Below, one piece after another: positions 14,071-25,830 of a stretch of DNA of 64,000 nucleotides. The stretch lies in assembly GCF_006345805.1 (NCBI RefSeq), contig NC_043001.1, positions 78,182,001 to 78,246,000 of the forward strand, in the 5' to 3' direction. How positions within the stretch are numbered: position 1 is the first letter of the stretch; every line of letters starts with the position of its first letter. Position numbers and translations under genes: made by a program. This DNA comes from Octopus sinensis. Lineage: Eukaryota. A model generated the notes under the pieces. It ran no database searches. It saw nothing but the letters and a program-made list of their open reading frames with translations, and was not told where the DNA came from.

Positions 14071-14445
14071 GAACTGAATTGCTTCAGTGGCTAGTGTAGC
14101 AAACCTTCTGCATAATTTTGAACCACCTCGCTCAGTTCTCTAGTTAAAGGCCTCAGCCTAACTACTTTATAGGAAATATGTCCCCATCAAAGGGATAACC
14201 AACTACAAGCAATTAAGAATATCAGTTGTATCTCTCAAAAGAACATCTACAGGAGCAGTCAAGAGCTGAATTGCTACAATGACTAGATGTACGCATCTGG
14301 TCTTGTTAAAGCTAGTGTAGCGAAACTTCTGCATAGTTTTGAACCATCTCACTCAGATCCAAGATCCTCAGCCTAACTATATTTCTATAAAAGTAAAACC
14401 AGCTAAAGCAGTTAAGCATATCAGTTGTATCTGTCAAAAGAAAAA
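14029..14445 (+). repeat. ~195-bp tandem repeat, about 2.1 copies
   Basis: Unit starts tcagc/ttg..tatctctcaaaag at 14029, 14222 and 14421, with shared internal blocks (ttttgaacca, cctcagcctaact). Confidence 0.8.
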
Positions 14446-15629
14446 TTTGGCGAATATATATATACAGACACATATATGTATTTATATACATATTTTATAT
14501 CCAAGTTTCAGATACGTAGTAATACAAAACGTACATGCGCAAGCTTAGTTAAACACGGTTAAACCATGGTCAGTGGTCAAACAAGGAGAGCGTTTTGATC
14601 TTTCTATCTTTCTGGTTGTTTCCCGTACCCCACCGTTTAACATCTCGAGTTGTGTTGTTTACGTTTGCCAAAAGAAGCGGGTAGAATTAGAAACAGCTCA
14701 AAACAAAAATGGCATTTGTTCGATAAACCATCGAGGCTTTACCCCAGTATTGCCGCAGGGGTAAAGTGATAAAAGAACACCAGAAGTAATGGAAAATATG
14801 TTAAAACAGAATATAGTATATATATATATATACACAAATACGTAACATACTTCTTTCGTAGAGGAAATACAATTATTTTGAACACTAACATACATTTCAG
14901 GCATGACTCGCACAATTCTAAATTTTACTGTTGCAAACACTTATTTTATCATGAAAATAATTCGTTTACCCTTCATAGTTCTAAAACGTGTATAATCGAT
15001 AATCTAACTTTTGAGAAATAATTGTGCTATTCAAGCTGATCTTAGAAAAACGGAAAAAATAAACTAATACCATAGCTATTGTTTCTTTTATAATTGACAT
15101 TTTACCCTGTCAAAGCTTATTTATCGGGCACAATAATGAATAAAATATATATATAGTTAAATAGCTGAATATATTTTTATACTAAGAAATATAGAGGAAA
15201 AAAACTAATGTTCACATATGCGGTAGAAAGCGTAAAATTATATTAATGGGAATAAATAGTTTTTTTATTGCGAAAAACCGGATTTAATCTTGGACGTTTT
15301 ATCCATGATTTGGATCATCAGTGAAAATGTAATATCGTAAAATCTTGGAAAATACTTATCGATTGTTTCACAAAGTAAATAGTTGGAATTTCATATATGA
15401 TGGACTAGAGAAAGAGAATTGTTTAAACATTAAGCGGTAACACAACTTCATCTGCATAATAGATGAAAGCTAAATGTGTGAAGTAATGCTAACGCTTGGA
15501 ATATTTGAAATATGCTGAAGTAATATCGAATATCTGATGATGAAAAGTGAAAATGATAATATTTGAAAACTAATATTAATTTTCATATTTTGCATACTTC
15601 TAATGTAATTTCCGATGTAATGACCTCAT

Positions 15630-15656
15630 AAGAAAACAATAATAATGATAATAATA

Positions 15657-15716
<60 letters not shown>

Positions 15717-15718
15717 TA

Positions 15719-15790
<72 letters not shown>
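15630..15790. repeat. (AAT)n microsatellite
   Basis: Direct tandem repeat. Confidence 0.95.
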
Positions 15791-15794
<4 letters not shown>

Positions 15795-16140
15795 GAAAGA
15801 GATCTGTCGTGTGAATGCAAATAAGGATATTTTACTGCAAGAATAGGATAGGATATTCATCATAGGAATTGTAACTTGAAAAAAAAAAGATAAAGAAAAG
15901 AAAAAGACAAAAGGAAAGAAACTGAACGTTGCATTTGACGATGAGTGAATATATATTTTTATGTTACGCATTTATCATTTTTACCGACCACAGAGAAATT
16001 CACAGACAGAACGTAATCAGATGCAATTAACTTCCCCAAAACAGTTTATCTGACGCTCTAACGATTCTGCATTATACTGTCAAAAATAATGATGATGGTG
16101 ATGGTAGTAATTATAATAATAGTAATAATCATTTCTACCT

Positions 16141-17150
16141 TAGGCAAAGGGCCTGAAATTTAGGGGAGGGGTATAGTCGATTACACCGACCCCCTGTACA
16201 AAGTACCGACCCACAGGCAAAGTGGCCCTCGGCGAAATTTGAATGCCGCTCAGCATTTTATTCGGCCTGCTAATGATTCTGCCAGCTACCCGCCTAATAT
16301 AATAAACTTTTCTAATATAGGCACAAGACATGAAATTTTGGGAGAGGGGTCTAGTCAATTATATCGACCCTAGTGTTTCACTGCTACTTAATTTATCGAC
16401 CCCGAAAGATGAAATGCAAAGTCAAAGTCGGCAGAAGTTGAACTAATAACGATTTCTAATATAGATACAAGGCCTGAAATTTTATAGGGCATGTCGATTA
16501 CTTCGACGGCAGTGCTAAATTGGTAATTGTTTCATCCATCTCCAAGGATGAGGCAGAAACTCGATCTCAGTGGCATTTAAACTCAGAATGTAAAGTTATA
16601 AGAAATACCGCTAAGCATAAAATCTGAAATTTGGCGGGGACGGAGCTCGTCAATTATATCAACTCCAGTGCTCAAATGAAACTTATTTTATCGACCCCGA
16701 AACGATGAAAGTCAATCTTCCTCGGTGGCATTTGAACTCAGAACGTAAAGAGCCAGAAGAATCGTTGTTTACCTTTCATCCGACGCTTTGTATTCAGCAA
16801 TAGTAACGATTTCAAATTTTGGCACAAGGTCACCAATTTTAGGGGAGGAGTAAGTTGATTGCATCCACCCCATCATGCCATTGGTACTTATTTTATCGAC
16901 TCCAAAAAGATGAAATGCAAATCGCCCTCAGCGAAATTTGAAATCAGAACGGACGCGAACAAAATCCCGCTAAGCATTTCACCCGGCATGCAAAACGATT
17001 CTGCCAGCTCGTATCCTTAAATGCAGCTATGATAATAACAAGAATGCAATTAGTTTCAAACTTTGGCACACGGCTAGCAAATTACATCGACCCCCAGTGC
17101 TAAACTGCTACCAATTTTATCGAGCTGACAAGAAGAAATTCAAAATCGAA
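16141..17150 (-). mobile_element. Stack of about six same-orientation family N SINE copies
   Basis: Recurring tail (gg)cacaaggcctgaaattt and core ttatcgaccccgaaa..atgaaa; copies start at about 16141, 16314, 16455, 16620, 16812 and 17060. Confidence 0.8.
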
Positions 17151-17399
17151 AGTTATTATGGTAGATATGCTGGAACTGCAGCAAGATATAAAGCGTAAAA
17201 CTAAATACCAAAGACTATTGAGACTTGGTTTTCAACAAATCTTTTCAGTTTAGATCCAATATCGATATATATTTGTTCTTCAACCCGGGGGTGAGTATAA
17301 TATGTATTACCAATGAACTAGACTAGAATATAACCTTTCTTTATAAATGATTTGGTTTTGTACGGAATGAGAAGAATCAATATTCAGAATAATAACAAC

Positions 17400-17589
17400 A
17401 GTAATGCATAGACTTTACTCCCGTAACCCCATCACCAACACCACCAATACCACCACCAACAACAACAGCAATAGCACCACCACCGCCGCCGCCACCATCG
17501 CCACCACCATCACCATAAACCATAATAACAATAATATGAACAATAACAATAATAAATTTGTACTGTACACACAAGGCGTAATAATAATG

Positions 17590-17657
<68 letters not shown>

Positions 17658-17748
17658 TAATAATAATAATAAAATAATATAATAATAATAATAATAATAA
17701 TAATATAATAATAATAATCATAATAATAATAATTACAATAATAATATA

Positions 17749-17790
<42 letters not shown>
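17400..17790. repeat. (CAC/CAA) plus long (AAT)n microsatellite
   Basis: Direct tandem repeat. Confidence 0.95.
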
Positions 17791-17793
<3 letters not shown>

Positions 17794-17919
17794 GAAAAGA
17801 ATAATAAAAAGAAACAGATCTATCGTGTGAATGCAAATAAGGATATTTTACTGCAAGAATAGGATAGGATATTCGTCATAGGAATTGTAAGTTGAAAAAA
17901 AAAATAATAATAGTAATAA

Positions 17920-18776
17920 AAATTAAACAGACGGAATGAGATCGAAGCTATCAACACCTGGGCGGTTTCACTCCTAAGATATGTAGCAGGGGTAATCGTA
18001 TGGAAAGAAGACTGACTAACCAGTTTAGACAGAAAGACAAAGAAGTTGCTGACTAGATATTGTATACTCAACCCAAAAAGCGATACAAATAGACTGTATG
18101 TACCAAGAAAAAGAGGAGGAAAGAGACTTATTGGATGCGAACACAGCATTAGAGCAGAGGAAAGCAATCTAGCATGATATGTAATGTCACAGAACCGCTA
18201 TTATTGCTAGTAAGAAGGTCAGTCTTGTAAAGGATGGAAAATTGCAAAGAATAACCACTTTACTAGCACTTGAGGATGAATTAAACTGAAAATAGGTGGG
18301 TGAAGAAAACAATTCATGGACAATTTCGTATAGATGTTGAAGGTAAGACAGACAGAAAAATAAATGCCTATGCATGACTAAAAGTGATTTAAACCCGGAA
18401 ATGGAGGCTATAATCTGTGCTGACCAAAAGCAAGCATTAAGAACCAATTACATCAATTACAGAATAGACAACATATCAGAAAGTGATAAGTGCAGAATTT
18501 GTGGACAAAATGGTGAAATGAGACAGTATGGTATATTACCAGCCAATGTATACCACTAGCCCAGAAGAACTATAAGAGATGTCATGACAATATAGTAAGG
18601 CTTGTCCATTGGACTCATTGCACCAATTATGGACATGAGAGAGCAAAAAAGTTGTACGAACATAAACCTGAAGGCATCATCAAAAATGATAATGCAAAGA
18701 TCCTATAGGATTTTATGATTCAGTGCGACCATGAAATTGAAGATAAGAAACCAGACAGTGTTAATTGATAAAGAAT
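17920..18776 (+). mobile_element. R4/Dong-clade non-LTR retrotransposon fragment (RT thumb plus REL endonuclease)
   Basis: AINTWAVSLLRY, RLYVPRKRGG, QALRTNY, CRICGQNGETVWHITSQC, KRCHDN and KPD match the CCHC zinc knuckle, RHD and PD motifs of REL-type elements. Frameshifted. Confidence 0.9.
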
Positions 18777-18785
18777 TTTTGGTAG

Positions 18786-18877
18786 ATGGGAGAACATCTA
18801 ATTTTAAATTGACAGAACTTGGCATTGTGTTAATATCACAAACCGACTACAGGAATACAATATTTCCATTGCCGAAG
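18786..18877 (+). CDS. Candidate internal exon, unidentified (DGRTSNFKLTELGIVLISQTDYRNTIFPLPK)
   Basis: tttttggtag acceptor and near-consensus AAG|GTGAGC donor; open in only one frame. The acceptor tract is short and abuts the Dong fragment. Confidence 0.15.
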
Positions 18878-19071
18878 GTGAGCAGTTCTCTTGATATTTG
18901 ATAACCACAATAATTTCATATTTTCAGGGTTACATAGTTGCATTTGAGGTTAGGTTTTATTTGTATTTAGGTGTTTAGTAGTCATCATAGTTTTATTTGT
19001 GTTTAGTAGTCATCAACAATCAGCTTTTAGCTGATACTTCAACATTATTATCAATATTAATCCAATCTAAT

Positions 19072-19290
19072 GTGGCGAAGTGGCAGAACCGTTAGCACGC
19101 CGGGCAAAATTCTTAGAAGCATTTCATCTCCCCTCCCATACTAAGTTCAAATTTCGCCGAGGTTGACTTTGCTTTTCAACATTTCGGGGTTGGTAAAATA
19201 AGTACAAGTTGAGCACTGGGGTCGATGTAATCGTCTTACGCACTCCACCGACATTGCTGGCTTTGACCCAAAATTTGAAATCAATATTAT
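19072..19290 (+). mobile_element. SINE, family N
   Basis: gtggcagaaccgttagcacgccgggcaaaa head, Nin-like core, ccaaaatttgaaatc tail. Confidence 0.85.
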
Positions 19291-19934
19291 TGATATCAAA
19301 TATAAGCTTATCTTCGTGGTTTTATTAATTTTGTGCAGCACACCTCTCATGTAATATAGTTTCCTGATAATTTTAAATATCATAAACATTACTATTAACG
19401 ACGTAAATATTTTTAACGTTATGTAAAATTCTACCCGTTTTAAACTTTTCTGAAATTCTTAAATATTTTAATTGTAAGAAAAATATTCTGCAAAAAAATT
19501 ACTTGATATGGGTTAAGCGATTTTCGACATTTTACATTTTGTATCGTGTCAATGAGTTTTGATAAAAATGTATTCAATTCATTCATATTTGTTTGACGAC
19601 GGAAGATTGTAGCTTTCAGTATTCTGCGTAAGAATCATTGACACAAGTACAGCATGGAGTTTCCATTCCGAATTAGGGATTTTTAAATCTCGCCCTGGGG
19701 AAGAATGTTTTTTTCACCTGGTTCAACACACTAAATTAAATATATTTACTTAAATTCATTTAAATAATTTATATATAATAAACGTTCCTATACATTAGTG
19801 AAAATGATCCTCGGTTATAAACCTTTTAAAGTCTGGTGTACATTTAAGTCTACAGAATTAAATTGTCCGTTGACTTCGAACAGGTACTGTATATGGTTTA
19901 CATGACGTAGACACTAAAGTTTAATGCTTAAAAT

Positions 19935-21495
19935 CAAATGCATTATGGGACACCCCTGAAGTTTTTCGATATGGTAGCCTCAACTGGCGCAGCGGTGAGT
20001 CGAGCTTCCTCTCAGCTGAGCAGTCTTTTCTCAAAATTTAGGCTAGTGAACGATTACCTGTGTTTGTTTTTTTCCTGTTTGATTATATTCAGATATGTTT
20101 ATAATTCCTAATTTACGTGTTTGTTTCTTACTTTCTTTGATATCAGTGCAGATCTCATGAACAGATTTTGTGCATTTACATGGATATCAGGAAAATAATG
20201 AATACACATCATCAGTGTTCAAACTTTTTTTGTTTCTAAATGTAAGATGCTTCAGTTAATATATTGACCCCGAATGATGATGCAAAAATGCTTACAAGTT
20301 ACAAATATCTGAGTATATATATTTTATCATCAACGGGTTCTACCGCAAGTTATCTTTCTTCGATTTCATTTCCTTTTACACCCAAAGCTATTTTACAAGA
20401 TATGTAGTGCAGAAACGTCGCTCTATATTTACGATTATATAGTTCTCGGGGAAAAAGAAACTAAAGGGCCACCTACAACTGTCCCGATTCTGTATGAGTT
20501 TGAAGAGAATGAAAAGATGCTTCTACGCTTTAAGAAGGATCTTGAAAATTTATAAACATAAGATTTTCGCTCAACATTTATTTGTAAGCACTGAAGTTAT
20601 GTTCAGCATACACATCAAAGGATCTCTGCTATTGCTACATTTAGAGAAAATAAATCAAAAGGTTGTCCTAATACAAAATCGAAAATGAGGATGATGGGAC
20701 GTGGATCCATGTTGGTGCGATTTGAGAAAGACTGTAAACTAATTTATGGAGACATTTTCCAAATTCGTCGGTAAGTATTCTGAAAGTGTCCTAATCATGC
20801 AAGTGTCGAAATCTACAAATCTTACATTAGTGGAGTAGACAAAGTTGATCTACTCCTCTCACTTGATCGAACCTAGATGTATATCATCAAATGATATCAC
20901 AGAATCGCTTTTCACATGATCTCCTTAGCTGTTGTCAATGAATTTGTAATCTACCGCCGACTCAGAGGTATTGGTTCTTTGGTTGATTTCCAGACTGATA
21001 TCTGTAGAGGCCTGCTCCAGGAGAAAACAATATTGACGGTGAAGATTAAAATAACCTTCCTGCCAAGAAATTACATTCATTCAGAGCTGGTTCGTTTCTA
21101 CAACATAAATCACTAGCCTGTAAAAGCCACCATTAATCGCTGCAAGATGGACGGTTGTAGCTACAAGACAAAATATATATGCTCCAAGTGCCTGGTCTAT
21201 CTGCCTGTGACGAAAGCTGTAGAAACCTGTCTCCGGAAATTTCCTGTAGTTGCACCATAATTATATATTTTATCATAGCATTCACGTAACGTTATATTTG
21301 CTTTTAAAAAGGCAAGTTTATTTCAAACGTTCTTTATTCCTCATATACAATTAAGTGAACAAAAATTAATATCATATTTTCATCATTGCAAACAAAATCG
21401 ATACTGATTTTGTGTTAGTTTCGATTCAGTTAGAAACTTAAATAAAGAATTTCAATAAAAATATTGTTTCCTAGATCACAGGCCATAAGGGGTAA
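19935..21495 (+). mobile_element. Degenerate, internally deleted piggyBac (PGBD3-like) element
   Basis: Fragments IATFRENKSKGCP..GRGS, YKSYISGVDKVDLL, YHRIAFHMISLAVVN and the Cys-rich RCKMDGCSYKTKYICSKCLVYL at about 20600-21260. Ends are tentative (ttatgggac at 19943; ggccataaggggtaa at 21481). Confidence 0.8.
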
Positions 21496-21674
21496 ATACT
21501 GTATAGTACAGGAAAATATACGGTGTATAGTAACACCAAAATAGTTTGGCGGTCACGAAGATCTGATGTTTTGAGTGTGAATTAGTGCAGATTACCAGAG
21601 GTTCCAGATTATGATTGTAATAGAGTCAAACAGGTTTGTCTCTCTATTTCTATATGCCTACCGTTGTATAAGTG

Positions 21675-22190
21675 GAGGAGCATGGCTTAGTGGGTTAGGG
21701 GTTTCACTCCTGTTAGTAAGATTGTAGTTTCCATTCCTGGACTGGGTGATGCATTGTGTTCTGGAGCAAAATACTTCATTTCACGTTGCTCTAGTCCACG
21801 GAGCTATCAAAATTGAGCAGACCCGCGACAGACCGGCGTCCCGTCGTCCCGGCCGCGTGGGGAATATATAAATGACAAGAAAACCGCGAAACCGCCTCCG
21901 GGAGTCTATAAGATTCGGAAAGGAACTTTACTTCAGTGGAGACACGTAGCTTATTGGTTAGGTTGTTGGACTCATGATTGTAAGATTGTGGTTTTTTTAT
22001 CCTGTAACGAACAACGGGTTGTGTTCTTGAGCAAAGCACTCCATTTCATGCTGCTCCTGTCCACTAAGCTCACAAAAATGAGTAATCCTGCGACGGCCTG
22101 GCGTTCCATCTAGATGGGGAAAAACACACGCCATGAAAACGGGAAACAGACTTGAATAAGTCGGTATGACTCGAAAAGTTAACTTCACAT
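21675..22190 (+). mobile_element. Two tandem tRNA-derived SINEs, family C
   Basis: Both have a tRNA-like head and gtgttct(t/g)gagcaaa..acttcatttca..gctc..gtccac; copies at about 21675-21930 and 21940-22190. Confidence 0.75.
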
Positions 22191-22594
22191 TTAGCGTCAC
22201 CGTTCTGTGTATATGTAATATTTACAATCCTATACAAGTTAAAAAATAAAACTTCTCAGTATACTGCATGTGTTATTTCCCTCTACCTATTGTTTCCAAC
22301 ATTTATAACTTAGCCTTTGGCACCAAGATTACACTACACGGAAAAATTATGACTCGCCATTACCGATCATTTCTGCGTAGCAGTAGTATTACGACATTTT
22401 GATTTTAAGCCAGCCTGATATAAATGTATTAATAGATGAAAGAGAAAACAGCTTTCATAAACTCCATATAAACTAACAGCTGATTATATATCGATTTAAT
22501 ATTGGGTACCACTATTTCTTATATGTGGCATGTGCATATCCATCATATACATTTATGACTACAAACGTACATACATACATCATATACATACACA

Positions 22595-22671
<77 letters not shown>

Positions 22672-22859
22672 TATATATGTATGTATATATATGTGTATAT
22701 ATATGTATTCGTATATATGTATATATATGCACATATATACATGCATATATATATGCATCTATATATATACATGTATATATATATGTGTATACATTATGTA
22801 TAAATATATACTTATATATATCATCTATATCATATATATATATTGAATATATTATATAT

Positions 22860-22895
<36 letters not shown>

Positions 22896-23202
22896 CGGAG
22901 CAGCATGCACACATATGCGTGTGTGCAGGTGTGAGTATACGGGTGCGAGCGCCCGCCCGCGCGTACCAATGTGTTGGTTATGAGCTCTGAGGGTGTGTGC
23001 GCGTTATGTTTTATTTTAAGCTTCACCGAATGCTGTCATGTTCAAATTCTTATTTCACGGATTTTTTTTTTCCGTTAGTCTGTCTTTCATCTCTACCGAT
23101 GCATAGTTATAAACTGGAGAATGAAATTTCCAGGAAATGGTCTTATTTGAAAGCGACCAAAGACTCTAATTCCTGATAAATATAGCGAAAGAATTTGTTC
23201 AG

Positions 23203-23298
<96 letters not shown>

Positions 23299-23563
23299 AT
23301 ATTGTTATTAGTATTATTTGATGTGGTTTTGTTCATAATGTATTCTTTTCTATTTATCGTGCTATTATTGGTATTGTTATTATTTACAGCATTATCGTAT
23401 GTATTTCTCCTGCAATAGTCACCATTATTAATATGAAGCTTAAAGCTGTTGTGTTAGCATTGTTCTTCGTATAGTATATATGGTATTCTTGTTCTTTTCA
23501 AGGAACCATCGTTATCGTCATCGTCAACAACATCATCACCACACCACCACCACCACCACCACC

Positions 23564-23612
<49 letters not shown>

Positions 23613-24101
23613 GATAATGTTTTCATTAAGTTGCATTGGGGAAGCGTATAATGAACAAAGAGCTTGTCTGCACTGACACTAAATATTATCGAAATTAACT
23701 GAAGAGGTATTGTAAGAAATTTGATAAGGAAAAACCATTCTTGTAATATATACATACATACAAACAAGCATACATACATATATTCTATACACATTCACAC
23801 AAATTCGAAGCAATATATATTATATATATACATATAAATATATATATATATATATTATATATAATTATAAGATCGTTAATTTAATTATCGATCTTATCAA
23901 GTGGCCAGCATGGGAATAAAAAACCTTGAAAGGTAATAATTATTATTGAAACTATAATTTAGGGTATCTAAGAGATACCTACATGCTTGAAATATCAACC
24001 AATACTTGACTCTAAAACCCTCCTGGTGCAGTATGAACATTTAATGTGTTTGTAGAGCCAAGTTGTGGCTGCTATTTCCAGCGTGGTGGTATCTCTTAAA
24101 G

Positions 24102-24161
<60 letters not shown>

Positions 24162-24173
24162 TATATATATATA

Positions 24174-24210
<37 letters not shown>

Positions 24211-24551
24211 TGTAATTCGGGATGGTCATGTTTTTTTTGCCAAATAAACACACGCACTACATGTTTTTTCTTCCCTGGTTTGTTTATTTGGTAAGGAAAA
24301 AAAACCCACCATCCCGAAATGTAACAATATCGGTTACAGAACACAACTTCACGTCAGGAATCTTGCAACACAAATTGATGAATAACATAGAAGTACTGGT
24401 ATAAATTCATTTATGCTGATTCTGCTGCTTTTTTGTTGATTTTGCCATCGAAATTATGTAATGTTTTCATTAATCAATTAAAGGGATCGTTTGAACCGTC
24501 CGTAATGAATTGACACCTGTACCTCCTGGTTACTAATTTATATTTTATTCA

Positions 24552-25170
24552 CCTATCATAATTTCTCTTTTCTCCTCCTTTGTGTGGCCACACCTCGAAT
24601 ACTTCTGCCCCCTGTGATCTCCCCATACAAAGTGAAACATTCTGAAAATCGAATCACCCCATAGTGCATTCACTAAAAGAAAGGCATGGCAGACCTCGAT
24701 TATTAGAACCGCCTTAAGGCATTTAAACTCCAGCACGGCCGTGAGCGCTACATCATTTGCACCAGCATTACCCAAAGACCTAAACATTACTTTCAAAATC
24801 CATCCAAGGCTAGGAACACGGGCCATACGTCCCCTACCCAATTCAGCATCACAAGGCATAAATATACTGATACTGACTGCAACACAATTTCTATTCTTCA
24901 ATAGGCCCTACCCTATTTAAAATTGTCCCAAAATTGATTAAAGAAGAAAAGAATCTCATCATCTTTAAACAGAATCCGGACAAATTTCTTGTAGGTATAC
25001 CAGATAAGCCACCAATACCTGGATACAACTCACGCTACAAAAACTCACGGCTCGAATGGACCATGATATCACAAAATTTGACTGGATTTAGCAAATCCTA
25101 TCAGGTGGTGCTATTAAGTTAATCATGGCCTGGAACAATCTTTGGTCTAAAGATATTTAAATTATCTAAG
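24552..25170 (+). mobile_element. CR1/L2-group LINE 3' fragment
   Basis: SSFVWPHLEYFCPL*SPHTK*NILKIES..AFTKR resembles LVRPHLEYCSPLWSP..ILKVESxQRAFTK; later PDKPPIPGY. Decayed. Confidence 0.8.
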
Positions 25171-25176
25171 TTTATT

Positions 25177-25211
<35 letters not shown>

Positions 25212-25544
25212 ATATATATTTATATATACACTTGCACACACGTACACGTTCGTGTGCTCACACACACACACACACTCATGCACATTGCCAATAGTTTCAT
25301 GGGTACGTGTATATCTTCTGTGTGCTTGTGTATCTGTGTATAAGTATATAATTATACGTGAGCAATATCCAACCTCATTCTTAGTATAAGTGACATACAC
25401 ACACACACACACACACACACAACACACACACACACACACACACAAACACAGACACACATAATATATAAATTTGTGTAATTTCATTTATGTTCAGTTACAA
25501 CACATTAAAAACGTATATCTGTGTGTGCAAGTGTGTGTGTATTC

Positions 25545-25748
25545 GGATGACAGAATCCATAGCAAGCAGAGAAAATGCTTAGCGCTCTTTCGTCCGTTCT
25601 TACGTTCAGAGATCATATTCCGCCGAGGCCAACTTTAGCTTTCATCCTTTCGAGGTCGATAAAATAAGTACCAGTAGAGTACTGGGTTCGATAACATCGA
25701 CTAGTCCTGTCCCCCCAAATTTCAGGCTTTGTGTCTTTATTAGAAAGG

Positions 25749-25829
<81 letters not shown>

Positions 25830-25830
25830 T
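25545..25830 (+). mobile_element. SINE, family N, with (TTA)n tail
   Basis: ctttcatcctttcgaggtcgataaaataagtaccag core; ttagaaaggattattatt tail. Confidence 0.85.

Noticed and set aside
23670-23705. Minus-strand NFDNI after an acceptor, resembling a voltage-gated channel pore motif
   Set aside because: A TAG stop follows immediately and no other channel sequence is present.
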